From Sminthopsis crassicaudata (taxonomy: Eukaryota): a stretch of DNA of 64,000 bases. Under the pieces are notes generated by a model that had not been told where the DNA came from, made no database searches, and was given only the letters and a program-made list of their open reading frames with translations. The stretch is taken from assembly GCF_048593235.1 (NCBI RefSeq), contig NC_133620.1, positions 290,485,765 to 290,549,764 on the forward strand. The letters are read 5' to 3'. Below are positions 48,401 to 60,860 of the stretch, piece by piece; position 1 is the stretch's first letter, and every line of letters starts with the position of its first letter. The position numbers were made by a program, and so were the translations under genes.

Positions 48401-51400
48401 GTGTCAGGAATCACTTTCTAAAAGTGAATACTGCTTCAGAAGTAGAATAGGCCTAGGTGGGAAGAAGAGTGTTGGCTCTCATTTCTAGATTTTTAAGCAG
48501 GGACTGGATGACCACTTAGCTTATATGTAATAATAGGGTTTCTTTTTGGGCCCTCAGTGGTTATGAAGTTACTTCTAACTCTAAAATTCCATTACTATTA
48601 AAGTCTCAGATTAATATTTGATTCCTTTATAGTTTTTCAAACTTTAAACCCTGGGAAAACCAATCAGCACATCTAAAAAAATCTGGAACTATATGCAGTG
48701 TTCCAACTCCCACTCAATTCTGCAAAGCAGTTGGGGAAGATGTCTTCTCATAGCTTTACTCTGGGTCTATGCTTGTCTTTTGTAAATGTTTTAAAATTGC
48801 TTTATTTTTTAAAGTTTGTATTTTCACTTCTCCCTTACATCTCCCCTTTTTTCCTACACTGAGAAAAGGAAAACCAAAACCCATCACGAACTTGTAGAGT
48901 AAAGCAAAACAAATTTCTTTTTTAATCACTGTCCCCCCACTCTCACCCAGAAGGAACTTGTAATTCTTTATTCTGGTTAATTATCTATTTCATCAGTCAT
49001 GTAGAATTATAGTTATTCATTGTATGATTCATCAAAATTCCTTTTAGAGTATTTTTGTCTTTACAGTGTCATTCTTAAAAATTGTTCTTGCCTTGTTCAT
49101 ATACATCTTGCTAGATTTTTCTGAAATACTTCATTTCTTATAGCACAATAGAATTCAGTAATATTTATATAATATATTCAGTCATTCCCTATTTGATAGG
49201 CATTCTCTTAGTTGCCAATTCTTTGTCACAAAAAAAGATCTGCTATAAATATTTTCGTACACATGGATCCTTTTTCACTTCAGTCTGGGCATATACCTAG
49301 AAAGAATATTTGTTCTTTGTAATTTTGCATCTCTCACTTACATAAACTGATGCTGAGTGAAACGAGCAGAACCAGAAGATCATTATACACTTCAACAATG
49401 ATACTGTACGAGGATGTATGCTGATGGAAGTGGATTTCTTCAACATAGAGAAGAGCTAATCCAATTCCAATTGATTAATGATGGAAAGAACCAGCTACAT
49501 CCAGAAAAGGAACAATGGGAAATGAATGTAAACTGTTATTTTTACCTTCTGAATCCAATTCTTCCTGTGCAACAAAAAATTCGGTTCTACACACATATAT
49601 TGTATCTAAATTATACTGTAATATATTTAACATATATAAGACTGCTTGCCATCTGGGGGAGGGGTTTGGGGGAGGAAGGGAAAAAATCTGAATAGAAGTA
49701 AGTGCAAGGGATAATGTTGTAAAAAAGTACCCATGCATATGTACTGTCAAAAAAGGTTATAATTATAAAATAAAATTAAAAAAAAAAAAAAAAATTTTGC
49801 ATCTCTCACTTTTAATTGTTTTGTGGTTGATTCCACTTAGAGCACATTGTTGTAAACAATGTATGTATTTTTTCCTTGGTTCTGCTTACTTTACCACTTT
49901 CAGTTCATGGAAGTGTTGCTATGATTCTCTGCATTTATTATCCCTATTTTCTTATAGCACTGAAATATTTTGCTAAAACAAACTATAGTTTGTTTAGCCA
50001 TTCCCCAGTCGTTGTTTGCAATTCTTCAGTCTCATAGAAATATTTTGCTATACTAATAGTGGAATCTCATAATTCCTTCCAAAATGATTGTACTATTTGA
50101 AGCTCTGCTAACTGCATTAATTTGCCCATCTTTCCACAATCTCCATATTGACTATTTTTCCTTTTAGTCATCTTTGTCAGTTTGCTGTGTATGGCCTGCA
50201 TCCCAAAGAAATCATAAAAAAAAGGGACAAGGACCCACATGTGCAAAAATGTTTTTGTAGCAGCCCTTTTAGTAGTGGCAAGAAACTGGAAATTGAGTGG
50301 ATACTTATCAATTGGAGAGTGGCTGAATAAGTTATGGTATATTAATATTATTGTTCTATAAGAAATGATCAATAGGATGATTTCAGAGAAAGAGATTTAC
50401 ATGAACTGATGCTAAGTGAAATGAGCAGTACCAAGAGAATATTGTGCACAGCAACAAGAAGATTATGTGATGATCAATTGTGATAGACTTGACTTTTCAA
50501 CAGTTCAGACCAATTCCAATGGATTTCTGATGGAGAAAGTCATCTGCATTCAGAGAGATTACCATGGGGACTGAATGTGGATCACAGTATAGTATTTTCA
50601 CCTTTTATTGTTGTTGTTTGCTTGCTTGTTTTTTAAATCTGATTTTTCTTGTACAGTTTGATAAATGTGGAAATATGTTTAGAAGAATTGCACATGTTTA
50701 ACATATATTGTATTTCTTGCCATTTAGGTGAGGGAGTTAGGGGGAAGAGAGGGAGAAAAAATTTGGAACACAAGGTTTTGAAGGGTAAATGTTGAAAATT
50801 CTGCATATGTTTTGAAAAAGTAAAAAGCTTTTAAAAAAATTTTTTTAAAAGAAAATTAATCTTTTGGGATGTTTTAATTTGCACTTCTCTTTTGGCCTAT
50901 TCTAGTTTCCATTTGAGAACTTATGTATCTTTGGAGACCACATGTATTTTAGGAAAATATTATCTTAAATCTTAGGAAAACATTAGGTTTTTGGTTGTAT
51001 ATTCCTGTTGTCTATAGATTTTGAATACCAAGTTCTATTCAGATAAATCTGATAAAAAAATTTTTTTTTTCCCCAGAACTTTTTCTTATCCTAGATGTTT
51101 TAATTTTGTTTGTGCAGAAGCTTTTTAGTTTCAATCAACATGATCTATTTTATCTTTTTAATTGTCTTCTTTTTTTGTTTGGCTCTAAATACCTCATGTC
51201 CTATAGCCATGAATGATATGTTTTTCTTTCTTAGTTTTTCATTGATCTTAATATTCAAATTAAATGTCCATTTTAAATTTATGTCTGCCAGACTGCTTCC
51301 TTTTCAGTCTTCAAAGCAGTTATTAGCCAATAGGGATTTCTTTCCTGAGTAATTTGTGTTTTTAGGTTTATTGAATGGTGAGTAATTGCAAACTGACCAA

Positions 51401-54101
51401 ACTTAAATTTTTATATTTGTCCCACCAGGAACTTTTTAGTAACCCTTGAATGCTTTGTGTCTATAATAAATTCTTACCTCTTGGGGCATTGTTCAGTAAT
51501 AATAGTTTATGCTTCTAGAGTACTTCTAAGTTTTACTGAGGTGGTGCCCTAAGGGAACTCACACAATTACTCCATTTTGTAGACTACATAATTGAGAACT
51601 ATAAGAAGTTAAGAGACTTGCTCAAGGTCACATACTTAGTAAGTTTGAAAGCCATTCTAGAGAAGAATGAATAGGAGAGTACACACTAGGAATAATAAGG
51701 GACTGCTACCTCATACCTGCCTCAAACTTCTTTTCTATCTCTTAGAGCAGCCTAATACAGTTCTGGGCACATAAATGAATGCTCAGTAAATATTGATTGG
51801 TTCTTCCAGGTACATGGCAACATCTGGTCTGGACCACCAGGTGAAGATCTTTGACCTTCGAGGAAAATTCCAGCCTCTGACATCCCGGGCTCTGCCACAG
51901 GGAGCTGGCCATTTGGCATTCTCACAGCGAGGGCTATTGGCTGGAGGCATGGGGGATGTGGTGAATATATGGCGGGCACAGGGGCAAGGGAGCTTTCTCT
52001 CCCTTGACCAGCCGTATCTGACCCATCGTCTCCCTGGCCATGTCCATGGCCTTCAGTTTTGCCCCTTTGAGGATGTGCTAGGGGCAGGCCACAGCAGAGG
52101 CTTCTCTAGCATTCTGGTACCTGGTAAGCTGGGGATCAGTTGAAGAATAAGGCCATAGCACAAGCATCATTATTAGTTTGCTGATGCTCAGTGAGCAGGA
52201 GGAATAGGAAGTTATAAGAGAGAATAAGACAAAGGACACAATGTAAACATCACTAGCATGTTGGTTCCCTGATTATTTACTAATACTAATTATGGGAAGC
52301 TTTGCTTTAGAGCGTTGTAAAGTTTATAAAATTCTTTGCATGTATTAACTTATTTTATCCTCATAACAACCTTGGGAGGGAGTTGATGTTATTATCCCTA
52401 TTTTACAAAGGAAGAAAGGTTGAGTGATTTCCTTAGGATCACACAGCCAATAAGTTACATATGTATGTATTTTCCTGACCCCAGGTATTTCATTCTATTT
52501 ACTGCTACCCAATTGCTTGAAAATAAGCTTAAATATGGGCGATTAGGAGAGCAGGAGAATAAGAGGAACACTATAAACATCAGCATCCTGCTGGTGCCCT
52601 GTGATTTAGGAGACCATAAGTAAGCAACAATGGCTTTGGAGACAGTAAAGAAGAATGAATAGGAGGGCATAGGGATAAGAGTGGATTCTGGAGGAGAGAG
52701 GGGAGATGGAATCGGGGGAAGATCTGTACCTAAAATTGTATTCCCTCACTTCCTAGGGGCTGGGGAACCCAATTTTGATGGACTCGAGAGCAACCCCTAT
52801 AGGAGCCATAAACAGCGTCAGGAATGGGAAGTGAAAGCTCTCTTGGAGAAAGTAAGTGCCTAGCTGTGTTTTGGGGCTCTCCTAAGATGAATGTGGCAGG
52901 TGAGAGAGATGGAGGGGAAGGGAAAAGGGAAAAAGTAGAGGCTGTTGTGAGGATGCACACATTTCTGTGTAGGAGGTCAGGTGGGTCCTGGAATGTGTCA
53001 GGATGAGAGGTGTATATGTGTTGAGGACCATAAAGAAGGGTCAGGCTTGTTAATTCCTATAGGTGAGACTTTGCCCTCTTTATAATCTGATCCTTCCTCC
53101 TGTGCCTTTTCCATAATAGCCTGTGATAGTACTTTTTCCTCTTCTTTTTCTTCATGACACCCATAGATCCCAGCAGAACTGATTGATCTGGATCCGAGGA
53201 ATCTGGGTGAAATTGATGTCATCTCTTTGGAGCAGAAGAAGAAGGAACAAATAGAGCGATTGGTGAGAACATTACATTCTATATACCTTCCTCTTTCCCC
53301 CTGCCCCTATATGATCAATCCCAAATCCTTCTTAGAGAAGCAGTTAGGTTAGATATGTTAGAAAATTTACTGCATTTGGAGTCAGAAGACTTCAGCACAA
53401 AACCTGACTCTTCCCCCAAGATCCTTGTGACCTTGAGGAAGACATTTTCCATCTCTAGACATTATCTGTAAAGGTAGACAGAACCAGAAAGTGGTAGATG
53501 CCAAGAGGCCAGTCTTGTAACCTTCATTCTCCCATCTCTTTAAAAGAAGAGAAAAATGGATGGTCCCTGAACCACCCAGAGCCTCATCTAAATCAGGGAT
53601 TATCTCTGTGTCTGGGGCAAAAATATTGCTGGTTCCCTATACATAAGCCTTTGTAGAGAAATGGCCTTGTCTCATCAGGAATGTCCAGAAAGTAAATTCT
53701 GTTGTTTCACAAACCAACCACTTCTTTCCTCAGGGGTTCGACCCTGAAGCTAAGGCTCCCTTCCAGCCAAAGCAGAAAAAGAAGGGACGGAGCTCAACAG
53801 CAAACTTGGTGAAGAGGAAGACTAAGGTTAAAGACCAGAAACAGAGGGTAAGAGGAACTGGGGACACAAAAGGGGGAGGGAAGAATGAAAGAAAACAGAG
53901 AAGCATCTTATAGGATGCAGGCTCTCCTACTCATCAAACTATTCCAGCTTTTCTCCTATACTTTGCTGTCTTTCCTTTTAGGAGAAGGTTAGGCAGAGCC
54001 AGCAGCAGCAAGATCAACAACAGAAAAAGAAGAAGAAGAAACTAACCCCTCCCCTATCTACTGGACCTCTGCCTTCTGCTCTGGATCGATTTAAACGCTG
54101 A
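37549..54101 (+). CDS. WDR46: WD repeat-containing protein 46 (BING4/UTP7), 637 aa, 15 exons
   Basis: Exons 37549-37608, 39016-39294, 39885-39965, 40183-40295, 40483-40570, 40741-40802, 41147-41251, 41378-41528, 41683-41818, 42226-42325, 51810-52123, 52757-52851, 53167-53262, 53734-53847, 53982-54101 (1914 nt). [26 protein letters not shown]4CT ([15 protein letters not shown]). Ends [14 protein letters not shown] at 54210-54215. Confidence 0.96.
38103..38240 (-). mobile_element. WSINE1-like SINE, full length, with TSD
   Basis: Antisense copy. TSD agaagtcactttt at ~38089-38101 and ~38242-38254. Confidence 0.9.
38280..38707 (-). mobile_element. Possible solo LTR in WDR46 intron 1
   Basis: On the minus strand it starts TGTAG, has a TATA-like TATAAATA (~38394-38401) and then AATAAG ~55 nt downstream. 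No clean TSD found. Confidence 0.4.
39404..39550 (-). mobile_element. WSINE1-like SINE, young, with TSD and (GAAA)n tail
   Basis: TSD catgcccactttct at 39390-39403 and 39551-39564. Nearly identical to the 38103 copy. Confidence 0.92.
43200..44560 (-). mobile_element. Older LINE-1 3' region interrupted by a younger L1
   Basis: L1 3' UTR/ORF2-end sequence on both sides (43200-43537 and 44314-44560) of the TSD-flanked insert. Confidence 0.65.
43551..44298 (-). mobile_element. Young 5'-truncated LINE-1 (~750 bp) with TSD
   Basis: Long poly(T) from 43551, ORF2 C-terminus ([19 protein letters not shown]...). TSD aaagagctatatc(tt) at 43538-43550 and 44299-44311. Confidence 0.92.
45377..45420. repeat. 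(AC)22 microsatellite
   Basis: Perfect AC repeat. Confidence 0.95.
45505..45590. repeat. (CCTT/CCCT)n low-complexity tail adjoining an old antisense SINE
   Basis: Pyrimidine-only repeat followed by gaggcgattggggtcaaatgacttgccc SINE sequence (~45590-45700). Confidence 0.75.
46772..46826. repeat. Compound microsatellite (ATGT)9(ATTT)n
   Basis: Read directly from the sequence. Confidence 0.9.
46900..47040 (+). mobile_element. WSINE1-like SINE, full length
   Basis: ggggcagttaggtggctcagtggatagagcacc...cttaaccccagcctc followed by poly(A). Confidence 0.9.
49340..49792 (+). mobile_element. Young 5'-truncated LINE-1 (~450 bp) with 19-bp TSD
   Basis: Poly(A) ends at 49792. TSD aattttgcatctctcactt at 49321-49339 and 49793-49811. 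Near-identical to the reverse complement of 43551-44013. Confidence 0.92.
50040..50835 (+). mobile_element. LINE-1 3' end with inverted 5' segment
   Basis: 50186-50835 is the sense ORF2 end plus 3' UTR. ~50040-50185 is the immediately upstream ORF2 sequence in antisense. Confidence 0.7.
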
Positions 54102-56437
54102 TGAAAGCCCAGATTCCTGATCTTGTATATTGCTACAGACTTGGAACTTTCTTTGTGCACCCTTGCCCAAGAGATTGGACATCTGAGTTATGGAGTGAGG
54201 AATGTATTAAATAAAAACTTAGGATTTTTATATAATACTTTGTATGAGGTTATCCATTCTTTGCCAGAGAAGCAGCGTTGTTATTTGACTAACCTGGTTT
54301 TCTCCAAGTCAGAACCTGTTTTTTTCTTTTAAGCCTCGAGAAAGTGTCATCATATTCCCCATTTTCTCTTTTTTTTCTTTTTTTTTTTTTTTGAAGAGGT
54401 GGGAGAATGAAGGTGTCCAGGGAGTACAGATAGTCCTCTTGGCATCTTCTATCTCTTTCTAGTGATGGCTATCACTGTAGGGAAAAATGTTAACGTCCTC
54501 AAAGCTGTTTACCTTTATAGATGTTGTTTAGAGATGGAAACATATTGATTTTTTTACCTTCTTTGAAAGAAGAAGCAGAAGAAATTTCCCATTTTAGAAT
54601 CACAACTTAATAGTTTCTAGAGCTCATAAATCATAGAATTTGAATCAGAACATATATGAGACAACAGTCTAACAGCCTTTTCACCTATACCTAAATTAAT
54701 TCTTTCTAAGCATACTTGAAATTCTTCCAGTGAGGGGAGCCACTGGAACTAACATTCTAATTAAATAGCTCTACTTCAGTTTTTCCTTACACTCTTAAAC
54801 CTGTCTGTAAGTGGTCTGACAGACTAAGTGAACAGTTCTTGGGAAATAGATTTAAGGCCCTAGATACATATTAGTAATTACTTTTATTCTACAGTCTTAC
54901 CATGTATGTAAAACCCTCTAGCACTTTTGCAGTTTGAACCCAAATCCTGCTAAGTAAATTGCTTTGTCTAGTTAACAAAGGCAGATATAGGGAAAAACTT
55001 TTAAATCTTCAAAGCTGTCTAGTAGTGGAAGCAGGATGCTTGGAGTGGTAGTGGGTAAGTTCCCCTCTCTGGAAGTCATCCAAGAAGAGGCTAGATAACC
55101 ATGTTAGGAATCTTGTAGTGGGACTTTTGTTCTTTCAGACATTTTTTTGGGAAGGATTCCCAGGACCAGTTGTGGACTAGAACTCAGGGGCCCAGTCCTG
55201 CTGTAGCATTGAAATAACTGTTCTCTGTACTTCCTATCTAGGGAGGCAGGAACTGACCCAAGTATGTGCCCTATCCATGGGAGGAAACTAAAGCTGGAAG
55301 TAAATAGATCATTTTTGAAAACCAGACACTTAATTAGTCATGGCTCTGGAACTAGAGGGTATCTCAGTTGACATGTAATCCAACCCTTTCTATTTTAAAG
55401 ATGTTGATACCAAGACTCAAGGAGGTGAAATAATTTGGTTCAGCCACTAGCTGGCATAGAGAATGTGTGTTGAAGCCAAGTTAATTAGAGTCCTGCCCCA
55501 TACACTAGCTGTCATGATCTTACAAATGGGGATGACAGTCACACCTTCTTCACAGGGTTGTTGTGACTACTGAATGAAATTAAAATGTTACATAAATAAA
55601 TGCAAGCCATTATTCTTTATCCAAGACCAGGAAGGCAGTAAACAAACTCAAAAAAGTATATAGAAAAATAAGACACATATAACATGTGATAAACAATCTA
55701 TATATTGCCTCCAAGTTCTATCCTGTTTTCTGGATCTGATCTCTGGGCCAAACAGTTTAAATTGATCCCTATCTGTTTTTTCCTCAACCATCTAATTTTT
55801 TCCCCTCAGTTGATTTTCCAATGGCAAAGGGACATCTTAGCTTCATCTTTTTGTTAGACCCTCACAGACCTGCTTTCAATCCAACTGATGTGATTCGCAG
55901 GGTGAAGCACAATTGAACTAAATTACAGATTGACAGCTTTCTAATTTTGGACACCACTCATTGCACTCTAAGATCATATTAGTTTTCATTAGTTAGATGA
56001 CATTAGCTTTTTTACTGTGGTCTCATATAAGACAATACACTCCTGCCCCTGACCAAATGCACTGCCACCTGAGGGATGTCAGCTCTATCCCTTCTGATCA
56101 TTCCAGGATGGAAAGAATGTTTTGTTTTGTTTTTTTCTCCCCTGTTGATCAGGGTTCTTCTAGCCTCCTCCATATCCAGCTATCTTTGATCTGAGCCTTC
56201 TTTTGGGACTTCAAAGCTCTTAAAAATGTGGAATGGGACTACAGATCAGGCTACTGAATTCATAGGCTAGGGGAAGACTTAATTGCTTCATGATAAACTG
56301 GGATTATTGGAGAGGAAGGATAAAAGTCCTAGGGCAGCTGCATCCGAAGTATCCAAACCCCACTGACCCCAGCCCTTCTCAACACTTCTTTTGACATCTT
56401 CAGCCTCAGCTCTTCTCTTCTGAGGATTCCCATGTTG

Positions 56438-57539
56438 TCAAAAATACCATTTCAGCATCCAACATCTCAGCATTCCAAAAGTTTCCTGAAGCCACAACCA
56501 GAGTGGCTTGTCCTCATTCCCTGAGGAATTCCTCCCGAGTTCCCAGGTAGTCTTCATCTCCCAGGGCTCCATATGGTAAGGTTAGCAAGAGCCTCCCAAA
56601 ATAGTAGTCCATGGGGTATTGGGCAGCATCTGCTATCCAGGAGTTATGGGTAAGGGCAACCTCCACCCTCTTGGCAATCACCCCAATAAAAACATCTGAT
56701 ATTAGAGGCACACCACCAGCTGCCCTCAGAATCAGCTGCAGGAGTGGGGCTGACAACACAGCCAGTACCATAAGGGGGGGAAGGGACCCCAATCACAAGG
56801 TCACTGTACCTCTGACACCTGATGCCTGCTCCTCTTCATGTGGGAAAGGTAAACTCTACTGGATGTGGCCAAGGTACAGATAGGGCACAACAGGATGCAC
56901 CCTATTGGCACGCTGTAATTCTTTCTCCCCAGTTTTGGCCTTTTCTTGAACCATTTCATCTCTGTTAGGATGTCTCTGTTGCAAATCCTTTTTTCATTTG
57001 TCAAGTTCAGCCACAAGCCCGGGGACATTGATGTAGATATCATCCTCAGTCTTGAGGACATAATGAACATTGGGGTAGTACCTGGCTGCCCATGCCAGTC
57101 CACTTAAGGTTTTCAGGGTAAGGTTTCAATATGAGTCAGTGAAAACAGCCTGCACCATATCCCCCTCAACTTGTCCTTCCCATTTTAGTACCTCCTTAAT
57201 GTTTTCCCAACAACTAATCAGGTTCCCCAAGAATAAAGAGTGTCCAGACCAAGTGACTGTGGGTCTCTTGAAGAGTCCCCCAAGAGGTTCCAATAGCATC
57301 TCTGCTCTTGATGCTCATGTGCAGTGCTCACTAGATCAGAAGAAAAGATTGGGAACCAGAACTTTTGCAAGCCTCTACATTTGGAATCAATGTTGGGCAA
57401 GGAGAATGGGGGGCCCAGTGCAGTTGGAGCTGGCATTGGGGGAATGGAGGATAGCTCCTTCCTTAGCCCAGAGGGACCAAAGATGGAGACACATAAGAAT
57501 GCTAAAGTTGCCAAGAGGATGCAGAAGTCAGGAGGACAT
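56438..57539 (-). pseudogene. B3GALT4: Beta-1,3-galactosyltransferase 4 (GM1/GD1b/GA1 synthase) pseudogene
   Basis: Collinear homology over the whole length: IFGPSGLRKEL, LIPNVEAC, LVSTA..QR, AIGTSWG, TLFILGEP, GDMVQAVFTDSY*NLTLKTLSGL, HYVLKTEDDIYINVP, LYLGH, RHQVSEVQ*P, WGPFPPY, VLSAPLLQLIL, DVFIG, WLQETFGMLRCW. At least 4 in-frame stops and at least 5 frameshifts. Syntenic between WDR46 and RPS18. Confidence 0.92.
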
Positions 57540-59009
57540 GATGGGAAACATTCAAATTTGATAGTGACCTGAAGAGAGAAATGGTCTGGAGAAGAGTAGA
57601 AAGAGTTGGAATACAGGCAGACATCCTTCAAAGATAGTCATTTTATTTTCACCATCCCTTCTGAGATGGCCTCATCCCCAACTACCTCTCTGAGTCCCAG
57701 CATCCTCCTCCCTAGGTCCTGCTGCTGGAGAGAATAGGGACAGAAGGGAGGAATGGGTATAGGTAATGGATCTGAGGGGGCTGATTGCAGAAGATGGAGA
57801 AGAGGGGTGACAGAAGAGAGTTTGGGAAAGCCTGGAGAGAAAGGGGTAGAATGGGATCTGGGGACAAAGGGTAAGGGGTACTAAAAAGCAAGTTTTATGT
57901 ACCTGATGTCCTAAAATGTTGGCTCCATGATTGTGCACCTGCCTTGTTTCTGATCGTCTCCCTAGCCCCTCTCCTAACTTCTCTCCTTTTCCTTATACAC
58001 CCCATTGATCACCTACTAACTACAATCACCCTCTGCCTTGGGACTGCTGAGCTCATTGCCTGGTCCAGCCGGCTGTCCCTCCCTTCTCTTTCCTTCCACC
58101 CTCATCTGGGTTTGAATGGTCCTTTCCCATTATCTCCCGCTGAGCTTTCTGTGTCATTCTCCCCAAGGGCCGGCAGTTCAGGGATGGGGTTGTCTCAGCA
58201 GCTCCCCGTGCAGCATTCCCATCGGAAAATTACTGCTCCTTCCCTCCTCCACGCCCCCCCCATCTTCCTCCAGCACTGACACCACTGCCCTTACTTCCCT
58301 GAACCTCTCCAGCATTGGGGATCGCTTCCATTCTTTCTCCATCAAGTGGTTGGAACAGGAGTCTGCAGAGTGAGATCATAGTCCTATCCAGGAAAGGTCT
58401 AATTGGTTTACTTTTCCTAACAGCCAGATTCCACCAGCCTTAAGGTGCTTTCTGAAATTGTTGAAGGTCAAAAGCGCCCGGGGCAGTACAGGAAGTACCT
58501 ACCAAGAGCTGGTGGTACCCTAAAATGCCAGAGGCTCTCACAGTCGGGCAAAGGATGTGACCTCTGTACTAGATTAGCTGGGGTGCTCTGGGACATCAGT
58601 CAGCAACTCTCAGTTTTCTGCCCCAGTTGAAAACCTAGGGGAGGAATTCCTCTCATCCAATTAACAGGGCACTTTAAAATTCCTCAAATTTGACTAAATT
58701 GCTAGAATGCAATTAGCTACCATTAGGAGGCTTTAGGCAGAGATGTCTTGTGAAATTTTGGATGAAAGAGGTGGGAAGAGGGTGAAACTCCTATGACCAG
58801 AGCTTTCTGGCTCCATGTTTTAGATAACTCAACTTTTGATTTTGAGTCTTCTTTTCAGCTGTCATGGAGAAAAAGTTAATAAAAGTATCTTACATGAAGC
58901 AGGTGCTTGTTGAGATTAAAAACTCTTGCATTTAATGAGGGACAGAAACCATACACATGGATAATTTTGATATAAACTATTTATTAATGGACAAGGCCAG
59001 TGAATGTGT

Positions 59010-60432
<1,423 letters not shown>

Positions 60433-60699
60433 TCAAAATCACACAGTAACGAGAAGCATTTGTATAGAGTAACAATTATTTGGATCTGGGAATTTGACTT
60501 CCACAAGGATTTTACATCTAGGCAATATCAATTGCTTACTGCCACAATTCTTATGTCTTTGTGGAGGTCAACAATTCTTGGGGAATAAAGTTTTGTCTTT
60601 CTAAAGCACTTGTCCGTGCTTTAAAGGACCCCGATCTAGCAATCCTACTAAATCACAAATTTGTGTTTTTTCCCCAAAGCTTTCTTGATAGGTCCTCCC

Positions 60700-60860
60700 C
60701 TTGTATTAACAAGCTTCCATAAAGTTTGGTGCCTAGAAACGTATTCCTGATTTCTGTGTCTGACTAGGGGCAGAGCATATCTCCCCATCCCTGGGATATT
60801 ATACCTTTCTTAAAGTAACCTAAGATCACATTAGCTTTTTGGGATATCTACCTTTTGGGA
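60700..60860. mobile_element. Ancient L3/CR1-like LINE fragment in RPS18 intron
   Basis: cctaagatcacattagctttttgg resembles L3/CR1 3' sequence. Orientation and limits uncertain. Confidence 0.4.

Noticed and set aside
42326-51809. 9.5-kb WDR46 intron 10 as a possible host of a hidden gene
   Set aside because: Almost entirely L1, SINE and microsatellite sequence. As I recall, the same intron is also the largest in human.
36232-54101. Intronic microRNAs annotated in the human PFDN6/WDR46 region
   Set aside because: No recognisable hairpin or sequence match could be supported by eye.
58116-58373. 85-aa plus-strand ORF between B3GALT4 and RPS18
   Set aside because: TTG start, low complexity, no recognisable homology and no splice context.
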